From the NCBI GenBank assembly GCA_016432425.1, contig CP066688.1, positions 726,647 through 790,646 of the forward strand: 64,000 bases of DNA. Direction: 5' to 3'. Position 1 is the first letter of the stretch; the number at the start of each line of letters is the position of its first letter. A program made the position numbers and the translations under genes. Positions 43,990 through 55,183 of this stretch are shown piece after piece. This stretch comes from Candidatus Daviesbacteria bacterium (GTDB lineage: Bacteria; Patescibacteriota; Microgenomatia; Daviesbacterales; UBA10151). The notes beneath the pieces were generated by a model that was given only the letters and a program-made list of their open reading frames with translations, ran no database searches and had not been told where the DNA came from.

Positions 43990-45915
43990 TTACTTCAAAT
44001 TATTCTTCCCCACTTTTTTGGTGCTGGCGGGTAGTGATTCCTGTAGCGGAAGAGCTCTTCGTTTGTAAATGTATCGACTTAAAATTACCAGATAAATAAT
44101 TAAAATCGCTCCCACTAAAACAAAAACAGCAATGGGGGCAAATTGAGATTGTAAAAAAGGTTTAACCAAAACTTCTTTATTATATTTTTGGCCGGTAATA
44201 TTTACAGTCACAGTATCAGCATAATTGTCAAACAAAGATTTGGTTCTCACGTTATAAATAAATTCAGCTGAACCAAAGGCAGGAATGGGTCCTAAATTTT
44301 GATTTGTAGCTTCCAAAATATTTAAATTATTGGCAAAAACACTAAAGGGACTGGATTGTTTTAAACCATTGCCATTGTTGGAGATAATTACTTTAATTTG
44401 TCCGGGGAATCCTGCCAAAATGGGGTTACCAGCTTGAATATCTACTGATAAATTAGGTTTGGCAATAAAATCTATCTCGGAGAGGGTGACTTTGACATCA
44501 TGGGACTCTACCCCGTCATATTTATATGATCCCGCCGCGGCGGGACTCTGGGAAGATAACCCCTTCACCGCAAAAGCAAAATGATTTAAATCAAATTGGG
44601 AAAAATAATCCACTCCTCCGGTAGTAGATTCCCAGGTAGGGTCGATCATCACCCAACCGCGACTGTCATCCCAAAACTCAGGCCAGGCATGTAAAATATC
44701 TTTACTTAAAGAAAGAGGCCGCAAAGCCGGATTGGAAGTATAGGCAAAACCATTAATTTCTCGGGCCGGTACCCCGGCAGCCCGGGAGAGGGCAATAAAT
44801 AAATCAGTATATTCCATGCAAACTGCCGAGTTAGGATTATTTAAGGCAGTGACTGCCCCCAAACGTTCGATAATATTGGAACTTAAGCGCGAGGGGTCAT
44901 ATTTTAAGTAAGAGGCCACCCAGCGATGAACTGCGCGGGCCTTTTCTAAATTAGTAGCTGGACTCTCTCCTAAAATCTCCGTTAATTTAAGTTTAATGGC
45001 CGGGTTATCAACCTCCCAATACTTATCCGCTAGCAGGTATTTAGATTTTAGACTTGAATCTAATTTGGGGTTTTTAACTTTAGAGCGGATATAAAGTTTG
45101 GTTGAACCGATTATTTTAACTTGGAGTTGTTGGCTTCTGCTGAGGCGGTACCAGGCCAGGTAATTTCCGTCACTGTCAACTGTCACATTAAGAGGTTGGG
45201 GTTCCATCCTGGTAAAAATTACATCCTGGTAGGCAGTATCCGGAGGTAGGGCAATGTTGGTGACAACCGGGACCAGATTTTTATTTTCTAGATTGTAAGT
45301 TAGATCAAAATCGAATAATTGGAAGGAGCCAAAATTAGCCAATACGCCACTATTTTCCAGCTGGGATTTATCAAAAGTTAAAAATCTTTTGCCTCCCACT
45401 AAAGTTTGGCTTTTAGGAGTGGGGGTAATGGCGGTGGGGTCACCAAACTCCACCGGTACAGACAAAGTTAAGTTATAAGATTTAAGGTTAGAGGTAGAAG
45501 TGACCTTGGGGACAGAAACTTCCCATACTTTACCTTGTTTCTGGGCAAAATCAGTGGATTTAAAAGACAGAGTCCAGGGCAATTCTTTGCCAAGTCCGGC
45601 CACTTGTTGGTTAAATTTTACTGCAATGGTGGTATTAGTTCCGGATTGGTTAGCAGTAGTTTTTAAGGGGCCGGAAGGGTCAGAAGCGGCAATATCAGTA
45701 ATTTTGGTAGCCCCAATGGTTAATTTAAATTCAGAAGCATAATATTGAGTGGTTAAATTTTTGAGGTTAATTTTTTCGGTAACAGTAGTTACCCCATCTG
45801 TACCCACGTCATAAGTGACATCGTAAGTAGTAGCAAACTCTTCTGCAGCAAAAGCTTTTGGGACAATTAAAACAGTAAGGGTCAAAAAAATAGCTACAAA
45901 AAACTTTTTTAACAT
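43990..45915 (-). CDS. secreted transglutaminase-like cysteine-protease-domain protein with C-terminal TM
   Basis: Signal peptide. Core AVCMEYTDLFIALSRAAGVPAREINGF...HAWPEFWDDSRGWVMIDPT (Cys-His-Asp transglutaminase-like). C-terminal TM FAPIAVFVLVGAILIIYLVILS. Co-directional and closely spaced with uvrC. Confidence 0.7.
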   Translation of the reverse strand: MLKKFFVAIFLTLTVLIVPKAFAAEEFATTYDVTYDVGTDGVTTVTEKINLKNLTTQYYASEFKLTIGATKITDIAASDPSGPLKTTANQSGTNTTIAVKFNQQVAGLGKELPWTLSFKSTDFAQKQGKVWEVSVPKVTSTSNLKSYNLTLSVPVEFGDPTAITPTPKSQTLVGGKRFLTFDKSQLENSGVLANFGSFQLFDFDLTYNLENKNLVPVVTNIALPPDTAYQDVIFTRMEPQPLNVTVDSDGNYLAWYRLSRSQQLQVKIIGSTKLYIRSKVKNPKLDSSLKSKYLLADKYWEVDNPAIKLKLTEILGESPATNLEKARAVHRWVASYLKYDPSRLSSNIIERLGAVTALNNPNSAVCMEYTDLFIALSRAAGVPAREINGFAYTSNPALRPLSLSKDILHAWPEFWDDSRGWVMIDPTWESTTGGVDYFSQFDLNHFAFAVKGLSSQSPAAAGSYKYDGVESHDVKVTLSEIDFIAKPNLSVDIQAGNPILAGFPGQIKVIISNNGNGLKQSSPFSVFANNLNILEATNQNLGPIPAFGSAEFIYNVRTKSLFDNYADTVTVNITGQKYNKEVLVKPFLQSQFAPIAVFVLVGAILIIYLVILSRYIYKRRALPLQESLPASTKKVGKNNLK

Positions 45916-46030
45916 CTTAATTATTGTAGCAAAATAACCTGAACTAAACCATTTTAAATAGGATTTATTTCAAACTACATACGGCCGTGGGTAGTTTGAA
46001 ACATTTTGGATAACTAAGCTATCTTTACAA

Positions 46031-49000
46031 TCAAATTAAAATCTTAGCTAAATACTGTCCAGTGTAAGAAGATTTTATTTTGGCAATTTGGGCAGGAGTT
46101 CCCTCTGCTATCACTCTCCCTCCTTTATCTCCACCCTCTGGGCCCAAATCTATTACCCAATCAGTGTTTTTAATGACATCTAAATTATGCTCAATCACGA
46201 TGACCGTATTACCAAAATTAACTAATTTTCGCAGTATCGTCAGCAGCCTTTCAATGTCAGCAAAATGCAGCCCGGTAGTAGGCTCATCCAAAATATAAAC
46301 TGTCCGGCCGGTTTGCCGCTTAGACAGCTCGGAGGAAAGTTTAATCCTTTGGGCCTCACCCCCTGATAAAGTAGGGGCTGGTTGGCCCAAACGGATATAA
46401 CCCAGTCCTACATCAAAAAGAACTTGCAGTTTAGTTTTAATTACCGGAATATTTTCAAAAAACTTTAAGGCTTCCTCGACAGTCATATCCAAAACTTGAG
46501 CAATATTTTTTTCTTTAAATTCTATCTCCAAAGCTTCCCGGTTGTATCTTTGCCCGCTACAAGTTTCACAAGTAACGTAAATATCCGGCAAAAACTGCAT
46601 TTCAATTTTAATCTGGCCTTCTCCCTCACAAACCTCGCACCTGCCCCCTTTGACATTAAAAGAAAATCTGCCCGGTCTATAACCCCTAACTTTAGCCTCC
46701 GGACTATTGGCAAATAAATCCCTGATGGCAGTAAAAGCTCCGGTATAAGTAGCTGGATTAGACCGGGGGGTCCGCCCAATAGGACTTTGGTCCACTAAAA
46801 CTACTTTGTCCACATATTCAATGCCTTCGAGAGCTTTAAATTGGCCGGGTTTTTCCCTAGACCGATAAATTTTTTGAGCTAGGGCCCGATATAAAACATC
46901 ATGGATTAAAGTGGACTTACCGGATCCAGACACCCCAGTAATACAAACAAATTGGCCTAAAGGGAAATCTACATTAACATTTTTTAGATTATGTTCACAT
47001 GCACCTTTAAGTGATAATTTTCCTAAATTCACCCGTTCTCTTTTTAAATTATCGTCTACTTTAACCTGTTTGGCTCCGGATAAATACAGGCCAGTTAAAG
47101 AATTTTTATTCTTTTTAATTTCCATTGGAGTTCCCTGGGCGACAATTTTTCCTCCATGTTCCCCGGCTCCTGGCCCAATTTCGATCATTAAATCAGCATT
47201 TTCCATGGTTTCAGCGTCATGTTCGTTAACGATGACAGTGTTGCCTAGATCCCGAAGCTTTTTTAGTGTTTCAATCAACCGGGTATTATCACGTTGATGC
47301 AAGCCAATGGAAGGTTCATCTAAAACATATAACACCCCTGATAAACCTGAACCTATTTGGGAAGCCAGCCTGATTCTTTGGGATTCCCCTCCGGCCAAAG
47401 TCATGGCCGGCCGATCCAAAGTTAAATAATCCAACCCCACATCCATTAAAAACTGCAGGCGGGCTTTGATCTCTTTGAGTATGGGGGTAGCAATTTGGTT
47501 TTCTCGAACCGACAAAATCATCCCGTCATTGTTTTCAACAGATTGTTTCGCTTCGCTCGCAATGACATGGGGGGTAAGTTTCTTAATCCATGCTAAAGCC
47601 TGTTCAATTGACTGACTGGTCACCTCAGCAATATTTAATCCATTTATTGTCACAGATAAAGCTTCTTCTTTTAACCTGCCCCCGTGACATTTAGGGCAAA
47701 TTTCTTTGACCATATACTTTTCAATTTCTGCTTTGACAAAATCTGATTCCGATTCCTGGTATCTTTCTTTTAGATAATTAACTAAACCCTGGAAACTGGA
47801 ATAAAAATGGGTCCAGCGGCCCTGCCTGTTTCTACCTTCTACTTTAAACTGGTCCCCTCCGGCCCCAAAAAGTAATATTTTGCGGGCCTTCGGGTTCAAT
47901 TGCCCTAATCTGGTATTTAAATCAAACCCGTGCTCCTTGCCCACAGCTTCTATTAACCTGGTAAACCAAGTTTCATGGGTAGATAACTTAGACCAGGGTA
48001 AAATTCCTCCCTCGTTAATAGATAAAATGGGATTCAAAATTGCCTCCGGGTCTATTTCCAAGAGAGATCCTAACCCGGTACAGGTAGGACAAGCTCCATG
48101 GGGTGAGTTAAAAGAAAATAGCCTGGGTTCAATCTCCGAGAGAGCAATATTATCCACCGGACAGGCAAACCTCTCGGAATAAAGATGGTCAGTCATTTTC
48201 TTGGGTTCGGCTGGAAACTCTAAGGAGGCATCCAAAACATCAGCCACAATTACTGCGCCTTCTCCTAGTTTTAAAGCAGTTTCAATACTTTGGGAAAGTC
48301 GGGATAAAAAGGCTGGATCACTGGTAGATTTTTTTTCTATGACCAAACGGTCTACTGCCACATCAATAGAGTGTTTATTAGTTTTAATTAAAACCAAATC
48401 ACCCGCTCCGCGGGCGGAGCGAGGCGAGTCTGTTAAATCTCGGACCTGGCCATCAACCCTTACTTTAGAAAAACCCTTTTTTAAAAGATCATTAAATAGT
48501 TGTGAATACTCCCCTTTACGGTCTTTGACTATGGGAGCTAAAATCATTACTCTGCGACCCTTTTTAGAATGAGATCCTTCGACTTCGCTCAGGATGACAT
48601 TCGTCATTTGCTCAACGCTCATGCGGGAAATTTCCCGTCCGCAAATAGGACAATGAGGATGGCCAATCCGGGCAAAAAGTAACCTAAAATAGTCATAAAT
48701 CTCCGTGGTAGTGCCAACAGTGGAACGGGGGTTATGAGAGACTCCTTTTTGGTCAATGGAAATAGCCGGAGAAAGCCCTTCAATATAGTCCACATCCGGC
48801 TTGTCCATCACTCCCAAAAACTGGCGGGCATAGGCAGACAGTGATTCTACATAACGCCGCTGGCCCTCTGCATAAAGGGTATCAAAAGCTAAAGAAGATT
48901 TACCTGAACCGGATAGCCCGGTAAAAACAATCAATTTGTTTTTAGGTAGCTCTAAATCAATATTTTTAAGATTGTGTTCCCGGGCACCTTTAATGATTAT

Positions 49001-49048
49001 TTTGTCAGTAGTAGCCATGGTGAATGGATATTTTAGACTATTTGGCAA
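46031..49048 (-). CDS. uvrA: excinuclease ABC subunit A
   Basis: Two ABC modules: Walker [11 protein letters not shown] and [10 protein letters not shown]; signatures [12 protein letters not shown] and [11 protein letters not shown]; Zn-finger Cys clusters. 1005 aa. Confidence 0.95.
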   Translation of the reverse strand: MPNSLKYPFTMATTDKIIIKGAREHNLKNIDLELPKNKLIVFTGLSGSGKSSLAFDTLYAEGQRRYVESLSAYARQFLGVMDKPDVDYIEGLSPAISIDQKGVSHNPRSTVGTTTEIYDYFRLLFARIGHPHCPICGREISRMSVEQMTNVILSEVEGSHSKKGRRVMILAPIVKDRKGEYSQLFNDLLKKGFSKVRVDGQVRDLTDSPRSARGAGDLVLIKTNKHSIDVAVDRLVIEKKSTSDPAFLSRLSQSIETALKLGEGAVIVADVLDASLEFPAEPKKMTDHLYSERFACPVDNIALSEIEPRLFSFNSPHGACPTCTGLGSLLEIDPEAILNPILSINEGGILPWSKLSTHETWFTRLIEAVGKEHGFDLNTRLGQLNPKARKILLFGAGGDQFKVEGRNRQGRWTHFYSSFQGLVNYLKERYQESESDFVKAEIEKYMVKEICPKCHGGRLKEEALSVTINGLNIAEVTSQSIEQALAWIKKLTPHVIASEAKQSVENNDGMILSVRENQIATPILKEIKARLQFLMDVGLDYLTLDRPAMTLAGGESQRIRLASQIGSGLSGVLYVLDEPSIGLHQRDNTRLIETLKKLRDLGNTVIVNEHDAETMENADLMIEIGPGAGEHGGKIVAQGTPMEIKKNKNSLTGLYLSGAKQVKVDDNLKRERVNLGKLSLKGACEHNLKNVNVDFPLGQFVCITGVSGSGKSTLIHDVLYRALAQKIYRSREKPGQFKALEGIEYVDKVVLVDQSPIGRTPRSNPATYTGAFTAIRDLFANSPEAKVRGYRPGRFSFNVKGGRCEVCEGEGQIKIEMQFLPDIYVTCETCSGQRYNREALEIEFKEKNIAQVLDMTVEEALKFFENIPVIKTKLQVLFDVGLGYIRLGQPAPTLSGGEAQRIKLSSELSKRQTGRTVYILDEPTTGLHFADIERLLTILRKLVNFGNTVIVIEHNLDVIKNTDWVIDLGPEGGDKGGRVIAEGTPAQIAKIKSSYTGQYLAKILI

Positions 49049-49068
49049 GATTTTTCTAGGGGTAAAGC

Positions 49069-50706
49069 TTACTTTTGGTTAATAATTCTCACAATAGTAA
49101 AAGCCAGTTCACCGCTGGGATATTTAATTTCTTTTAAAAGTTTTACTTTAGGGTCACCAGTAAATTTATCCCTTTGCAGCCGATCTGCTGACATCACAAA
49201 AATAGTCCCCACGTCTCCCCGTTCACTGGCCCAGTCAACATGGCGAAAATAAATATTCCCTACTTGAACTGGTCTAATTTTGTTAGGATTACTATAATAA
49301 TAACTTTCTACCGGAGGTAATTTAGCAACTGTTTGTTGATATAAAGCAGGATTAACTTTAGCAAAAAATAAATATTGAATGTAGCTTTCAGTGTTGGGAT
49401 CATCAAAAACTACTTTAGTATAATTAGTTTGTGTTTGAATAAAATTTACCACTTCTTTGTAACCAAAATCCCAATCCCTAGCTCTGGTGGCACTGTTAAC
49501 CACACTATAGTTAAACAAAAATAAATTTAAATCTACCAGAAGAATTAAAATTACGCCGGTAAAAATTAACCGCCTGTATTTGGAAAAATTAATGATTTGA
49601 TTTAAACCAACCGCTATCAAAACAGTTAACGGGAAGTACAGTAATAGCGAGCGATAAGTGTGAAATGGGTCTGAAGTAACTGATGCGGGAATGGGGGCAA
49701 TGATAGCCCAACCCAAAAGTAGCTTAACCTTAAGATCTAATTTTTTTAACGCCAAAACTAAACCTAAAATTAAACAAGGCAATAAAATTGCATAAAAAAC
49801 ACTATAGTTTTCGACTGCTCTCTGGCGTAAATAATCCCCGGCAAAAAATAAATTTTGAGGAGAAAAATAAGATAAATAAAGTGCTAAGAGCTGGCGAGAA
49901 AGGAGGTATGGTCGATTGTTAACCAAAAATCTTGCCGGTTGACCCTCTTCCCAACCCGGTGGCTGTCGATCTTGAGAAAAAATTGTCACCCCTAAAGCCC
50001 GATGATAACCACCTGCCCGAAAGGTTAAATTTAAAAGCGGTAACATTAAGACTGCACTAAAAATTATCAGGGGGATTAATTTAAATTTAATAGCCCACAG
50101 TTTTTTCCAATAGAAAATTAGCAGCGATAAGATAAAAAACGGAACTACAAATCTTTCTGCTTGATAAGAGTACATAGCTAGAATAAAAAATAAAACAGTA
50201 AAAAATAACCAACGGATTTGTTGATGATTGATAAACTTCAGGATAAACAAAAACCCGGCGCTAAACATAGTTAAAGCTAAATTGCCTTCAAAAGCTCCCC
50301 GCGAATAAAAAATATGCCAGGGAGAGATTGCCAAAACAAAAGTAGCCAGCAGCGAAATGTTTTTATTTCCCCACAACTGCTGACAGATTAAATAAATTAA
50401 AATCAAAGCTCCTACTCCAGCAAAAGCCGACAAAAGCCTGGTGGAAAATTCATGCAAATCAAGCAAACCAATAATGGGAGCAGATAAATATTCATAAAGC
50501 GGTAAAAAGAAAACTTCAAAAGAGCGGAAAACAATCGGGAATTTCATCCCAAACTCATCCTGACCGGTTTGCCAAATTGAATAAGAGTTATAACCGAGTG
50601 CCGCTTCATCCCGGAAAAATCCTGAAGGAATGTTGCCTAAAGCTGTCAAACGCAATCCGATTCCTAAAATTAGTATTAAAAACAAGAGTTTTAATTGGTT
50701 AGACAT
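49069..50706 (-). CDS. polytopic glycosyltransferase, family 39/83-like (PMT_2 / ArnT-type)
   Basis: 545 aa, more than 10 TM segments. N-terminal loop [14 protein letters not shown] (DE motif region of the GT-C fold). Adjacent to a GT2 Dpm1-like gene. Confidence 0.55.
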   Translation of the reverse strand: MSNQLKLLFLILILGIGLRLTALGNIPSGFFRDEAALGYNSYSIWQTGQDEFGMKFPIVFRSFEVFFLPLYEYLSAPIIGLLDLHEFSTRLLSAFAGVGALILIYLICQQLWGNKNISLLATFVLAISPWHIFYSRGAFEGNLALTMFSAGFLFILKFINHQQIRWLFFTVLFFILAMYSYQAERFVVPFFILSLLIFYWKKLWAIKFKLIPLIIFSAVLMLPLLNLTFRAGGYHRALGVTIFSQDRQPPGWEEGQPARFLVNNRPYLLSRQLLALYLSYFSPQNLFFAGDYLRQRAVENYSVFYAILLPCLILGLVLALKKLDLKVKLLLGWAIIAPIPASVTSDPFHTYRSLLLYFPLTVLIAVGLNQIINFSKYRRLIFTGVILILLVDLNLFLFNYSVVNSATRARDWDFGYKEVVNFIQTQTNYTKVVFDDPNTESYIQYLFFAKVNPALYQQTVAKLPPVESYYYSNPNKIRPVQVGNIYFRHVDWASERGDVGTIFVMSADRLQRDKFTGDPKVKLLKEIKYPSGELAFTIVRIINQK

Positions 50707-51454
50707 AGAATGAGATTAATTGCAAAAGATAAATTATTGTTGATAAAATCAGTAGAAGATGGCTAAACAGATCTTTGCGTTTGAGAAAGGTCATTAAACC
50801 TCCCGTGACCAAACAAGTTAATGGAAAAATAACTAAAAACCCAGCTAGTGTAGTTTGGTCTGCCAGCAATACTGGGATCATCAGGGAAAAAATTATCCAG
50901 CCTAGATAGAACCAAACTAAGTCTGGCTTGGTTTTTAAAAAGCCAATGATTAAAAATGGGATAGTTATCCAAAATAACTTCAGGTTTTCTCTAACCCCAG
51001 CCCGCTCGCGGGGATGATTACTAAAAAATAAATTACCAATATCAAAATTCTGGAAAAATAACTTTTCGCGATACCTAAATGATTCAACTAGTTTATTTTC
51101 TGCTAAATTAGTTAATATTTTTTCTGGAGTTCCTTGGCCTGTGACTGTGGAAATTAAAGTCCGCTTCTGATCAACATTTTGGCTGATTTGTTCCGGAATA
51201 ATTAGTACAGAAGTCAGAAAAATTAAGCCAGCAGCTAACAGTAACACTGAACCAGCCCGGTAAAAATTTGAAGTGATAATTTTTGTGGAAATTAAGCCAA
51301 TTACCAGGGGTATGAGGTAAAAATAATTATTTAAATAAAATAGCCAAGGTGAACTAGCTAAAAGCAAACCAAACAAACCAATAAGACTTAAATTATATTT
51401 AAATCTTTTGAGCAGCAACAGACATAGTATAATAAAAGCAATTTTAACGAACAT
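50699..51454 (-). CDS. hypothetical polytopic membrane protein (possibly a GT-C accessory)
   Basis: 251 aa, multiple TM helices. Overlaps the downstream GT39-like gene by 8 nt. Confidence 0.35.
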   Translation of the reverse strand: MFVKIAFIILCLLLLKRFKYNLSLIGLFGLLLASSPWLFYLNNYFYLIPLVIGLISTKIITSNFYRAGSVLLLAAGLIFLTSVLIIPEQISQNVDQKRTLISTVTGQGTPEKILTNLAENKLVESFRYREKLFFQNFDIGNLFFSNHPRERAGVRENLKLFWITIPFLIIGFLKTKPDLVWFYLGWIIFSLMIPVLLADQTTLAGFLVIFPLTCLVTGGLMTFLKRKDLFSHLLLILSTIIYLLQLISFYV

Positions 51455-51465
51455 AAAATTATTAT

Positions 51466-52134
51466 ATGCACTTATCAGTCATCATTCCAGTTTATAACGA
51501 GGAAAAAACTGTCGAAGCGCTCCTAAAAAAAGTCTTGAGTTTAAAAAATATTTTTGAAGTAATTGTGGTTAATGATGGCTCTGAGGATCAAACAAAAGGA
51601 CAATTAGATAAAATCAAAAATCCTAAACTAAAAGTATTTCATCACCCTGTTAATCAAGGTAAGGGAGCGGCTGTTAGAGATGGAATTAAGAAGGCCAAAG
51701 GAGATTTTTTAATTATCCAAGATGCAGATTTAGAATATGATCCCCATCAGTTTGGTAAGCTAATGGACCAAGCTACCATGAACTTAGTAGTTTATGGTTC
51801 CCGAATTTTGGGTCATAACAGACACAGTTATATCAGAACTTATTTAGGAAATGTGTTGGTGACTAATTTTTATAATTTGTTATATTTTAAACATTTAACT
51901 GATACCTATACCTGCTACAAATTAATCCCCACTAAAATTGCCCAAAAATTAAAATTAGCATCCAATGGTTTTGAAATTGAAGCAGAGATTACTGCCAAAT
52001 TAACCAAAATGGGAGTTAGAATTATTGAAGTTCCAATTAAATTTAAACCAAGAAGTTATGAACAGGGTAAAAAAATTAAGGCTAAGGATGCCCTTCTAGG
52101 CTTGTGGACATATCTAAAAATTAAGTGGATGTAA
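51466..52134 (+). CDS. family 2 glycosyltransferase, dolichyl/polyprenyl-phosphate sugar synthase-like (Dpm1/GtrB type)
   Basis: LSVIIPVYNEE, VIVVNDGSEDQT, GKGAAVRDG, IIQDADLEYDP (DxD), a canonical GT2 core. 222 aa. Confidence 0.8.
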   Translation: MHLSVIIPVYNEEKTVEALLKKVLSLKNIFEVIVVNDGSEDQTKGQLDKIKNPKLKVFHHPVNQGKGAAVRDGIKKAKGDFLIIQDADLEYDPHQFGKLMDQATMNLVVYGSRILGHNRHSYIRTYLGNVLVTNFYNLLYFKHLTDTYTCYKLIPTKIAQKLKLASNGFEIEAEITAKLTKMGVRIIEVPIKFKPRSYEQGKKIKAKDALLGLWTYLKIKWM

Positions 52135-52156
52135 TTGTTGTGGTAGAATTTGGTTT

Positions 52157-52558
52157 ATGGAAGAAAGGTTTGAACCAATTGGACAACAGGATGATTTAGA
52201 TGATGTCTTTGACCGGGTACGAGAAAGAATTATTGCTAAGTATGGTTCACCTGAAGGCCCACCAACAACAGAAGCCAGAGTAGATGCTCTCCTTTTAGTG
52301 CTTACTTTGAGTGGCAAAGCTAAGATGGATTCACTGTCTGATACCGACACCGCGAGAGAGCGTGATCTGCAAGAGGCAGATAGCTGGGATAGCGCTATCA
52401 GAGCTGCTACTCATGAAGATAATTGGGTACCTTTGAAAAAAGAAATTCTGTCTCTGGCTAGGTTAGTCAAAGAAGAAAGCACTACTGATAAGAATCCGGG
52501 ATTATTGCAACAAGAAGCAGATGCTTATACTAAGCTGGCCAACTCCTTAGGTGTTTAA
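52157..52558 (+). CDS. hypothetical protein
   Basis: 133-aa ORF, acidic, no motif. Its 3' end overlaps the convergent uvrB by 12 nt. Confidence 0.3.
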   Translation: MEERFEPIGQQDDLDDVFDRVRERIIAKYGSPEGPPTTEARVDALLLVLTLSGKAKMDSLSDTDTARERDLQEADSWDSAIRAATHEDNWVPLKKEILSLARLVKEESTTDKNPGLLQQEADAYTKLANSLGV

Positions 52559-54511
52559 TTCTTTGATTTGATCCCGCAGTCTGGCTGCGGTTTCAAAGTC
52601 TAAAATTTCTGCTGCTTGTTTCATTTGTGCTTCCAAAGTTTTAACCATTTTCTCTCTTTCTTTAATGGGAATATCCTCTACTGTTAAAACTTCCTCTCCG
52701 GTTTCCGCCTCTACTTTTTCAATTAACCGATCCCTCATTGGTTTAACAATAGCTTTAGGGGTAATGTTGTGTTTTTGGTTGTAATCTTGTTGGTATTTAC
52801 GCCGGCGTTCCACCTCATCAATGGCCGCTTTCATGGATCCAGTGATCACATCGCCGTACATGATGACCTTGCCATCAATATGTCGGGCTGCCCTACCCAT
52901 GGTTTGGATTAAAGAAGTTTTAGACCTTAAAAACCCTTCTTTGTCCGCATCTAAAATAGCTACCAGGGATACTTCCGGTAAATCCAAACCTTCCCGCAGC
53001 AGGTTAATTCCCACGATCACATCATATTCCCCTAGTCTTAAAGCCTGCAAAATATCAGTTCGCTCTAACGTTTTAACATCAGAATGCAGATAATGCACCT
53101 TGATACCTTTTTCGGCTAAAAATTCCGCCAAATCTTCAGCCATTCTTTTAGTTAAAGTAGTTACCAAAGTCCGCTCACCTAGTTTAACCCGTTGTTTAAT
53201 TTCTTCCATTAGATCATTAATTTGGCCTTTAATAGGGCGCACTTCCACTGCCGGATCCAAAATTCCGGTTGGCCTAATCAGTTGCTCTACCACCCCCTCT
53301 TTCCCAGCTAAACTTAGTTCATATTCATCAGGAGTAGCAGAAGTAAAAATAACTTTATTCATAAAACGGGCAAACTCATCAAATTTTAAAGGGCGATTAT
53401 CCAAAGCTGAAGGCAACCTAAAGCCAAAATCAATCAAAGTTTCTTTTCTGGAGTGGTCGCCATGATACATGCCTCTGATTTGGGGAATGGTCATGTGTGA
53501 TTCATCAATCACCATTAAAAAGTCTTTGGGGAAATAATGCAGCAAGGTATAAGGAGGTTCCCCGGGTTCTCTACCATCAAAATAGCGGGAGTAATTTTCA
53601 ATACCGTTGCAAAATCCATATTGGCGGATCATTTCCAAATCATAATTAGTCCGCTGTTCCAGCCTTTGAACTTCCACCAACTTGCCTCTAGTTTTCAAAT
53701 CTTTAACCCGCTTTTTTAAATCATGTTCAATTTGTATCAGAGCCGGTTTTAACCGTTGCTCAGGAGTAATGTAGTGTTTGGCCGGATAAATAATTTGAGT
53801 TTCCTCCACCGGAGTCAGATCTGCTGTCAAAGGATCTAAAATAGCCACCCTTTCTACCTCGTTACCTAAAAATTGTACCCTTAAAGCACTGTCTTTATAG
53901 GCAGGGAAAACATCTACAGTATCCCCTTTCACCCGAAATGTGCCTCTTTTAAAATCTACGTCATTTCTTTCATAATAAATTTTGCTTAAAAATTTAATAA
54001 TCTGGTCGAAAGTGGCCTTCATCCCCCGTTTTAACTCTAAAATAGACTGGCCGTATTCTACCGGAGAACCTAAGTTGTAAATGGCAGAAACGGAAGCAAC
54101 CACTATTACATCAGATCTGGTCATTAAAGAGGCAGTGGTAGATAGCCTGAGCTTTTCAATTTCTTCATTAATGGAAGCATCTTTTTCTATATAAGTATCA
54201 GATTGGGGAATATAAGCTTCCGGCTGGTAATAATCATAATAAGAGACAAAATATTCGACAGCATTTTGAGGGAATAATGATCTAAACTCCTGGGTCAACT
54301 GGGCGGCTAAAGTTTTATTATGGGAAATCACCAGAGTTGGTTTTTGGATCCGCTCAATAACTTGAGCTGCAGTAAAAGTTTTCCCGGAACCGGTTACCCC
54401 TAAAAGAACTTGGTGTTCTCTACCGGCATTGATGCCTTTAACCAGTTGCTCAATTGCTTGAGGCTGATCTCCGGTAGGTTTAAAATCGGAAGAAATTTGA
54501 AATTTAGCCAT
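52547..54511 (-). CDS. uvrB: excinuclease ABC subunit B
   Basis: Helicase motif I GVTGSGKTFT; beta-hairpin region YYDYYQPEAY; motifs II-VI; C-terminal UVR domain. 654 aa. Confidence 0.95.
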   Translation of the reverse strand: MAKFQISSDFKPTGDQPQAIEQLVKGINAGREHQVLLGVTGSGKTFTAAQVIERIQKPTLVISHNKTLAAQLTQEFRSLFPQNAVEYFVSYYDYYQPEAYIPQSDTYIEKDASINEEIEKLRLSTTASLMTRSDVIVVASVSAIYNLGSPVEYGQSILELKRGMKATFDQIIKFLSKIYYERNDVDFKRGTFRVKGDTVDVFPAYKDSALRVQFLGNEVERVAILDPLTADLTPVEETQIIYPAKHYITPEQRLKPALIQIEHDLKKRVKDLKTRGKLVEVQRLEQRTNYDLEMIRQYGFCNGIENYSRYFDGREPGEPPYTLLHYFPKDFLMVIDESHMTIPQIRGMYHGDHSRKETLIDFGFRLPSALDNRPLKFDEFARFMNKVIFTSATPDEYELSLAGKEGVVEQLIRPTGILDPAVEVRPIKGQINDLMEEIKQRVKLGERTLVTTLTKRMAEDLAEFLAEKGIKVHYLHSDVKTLERTDILQALRLGEYDVIVGINLLREGLDLPEVSLVAILDADKEGFLRSKTSLIQTMGRAARHIDGKVIMYGDVITGSMKAAIDEVERRRKYQQDYNQKHNITPKAIVKPMRDRLIEKVEAETGEEVLTVEDIPIKEREKMVKTLEAQMKQAAEILDFETAARLRDQIKELNT

Positions 54512-54613
54512 AATAGCTAATTATACAACGAAGGGGACCTGAAGACTAACCTCTTGCTATTTTCTTACCTGATCTTAGGGTTTTCTTTAAGTGTAAGTGC
54601 TTAAATTAAAGTT

Positions 54614-55123
54614 ATGGCTGATCAAACATTGCAGAAAACTGAAGGTCAACTGCCCAGTTATTTATCAGAGGCCCAGTTAAGTTTTATCACTCAAAAAACA
54701 CCTAAACAATATATTAAAACCCGGCCAGGCCCTGGAGGGATCCCTTTATCTTATGTTGAAGTTGGATATGTCATCAATATGTTAAACCAGGTGTTTGGCT
54801 GGGACTGGGATTTTAGGATCTTAGAGGAGCAGATTGGTAAAAAGCAGGTTTGGGTCAGGGGTGAGCTGACTGTCAGAGCCAGGGGCCACTCTATCACTAA
54901 GGGTCAGTTTGGAGGGGCAGATATTAAATTTAATAGAATTAGTGGGGAACCCATTTCCATTGCCGATGATTTAAAAGCTGCCGGCTCGGATTGTTTAAAA
55001 AAATGTGCCTCCATGTTGGGAATTGCCGGGGATGTCTATTGGAAAGAGCTGGAATTTCAAGCATCAGAGGAAGAAACCACTTCCACACAACAACCAGCAT
55101 ATTCTCATAAAGTTTCATATTGA
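54614..55123 (+). CDS. Rad52/Rad22-family single-strand annealing protein (Sak-like)
   Basis: [36 protein letters not shown] aligns with the Rad52 core ISKR.GFG....[28 protein letters not shown]...[21 protein letters not shown] aligns with GYGVSEG...[20 protein letters not shown]. Confidence 0.75.
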   Translation: [169 protein letters not shown]

Positions 55124-55183
55124 TTCCCACTTGTATTTTTAATCATTATAGGGTAGAGTCAAGTTGTTAGACTGATTTTTACC

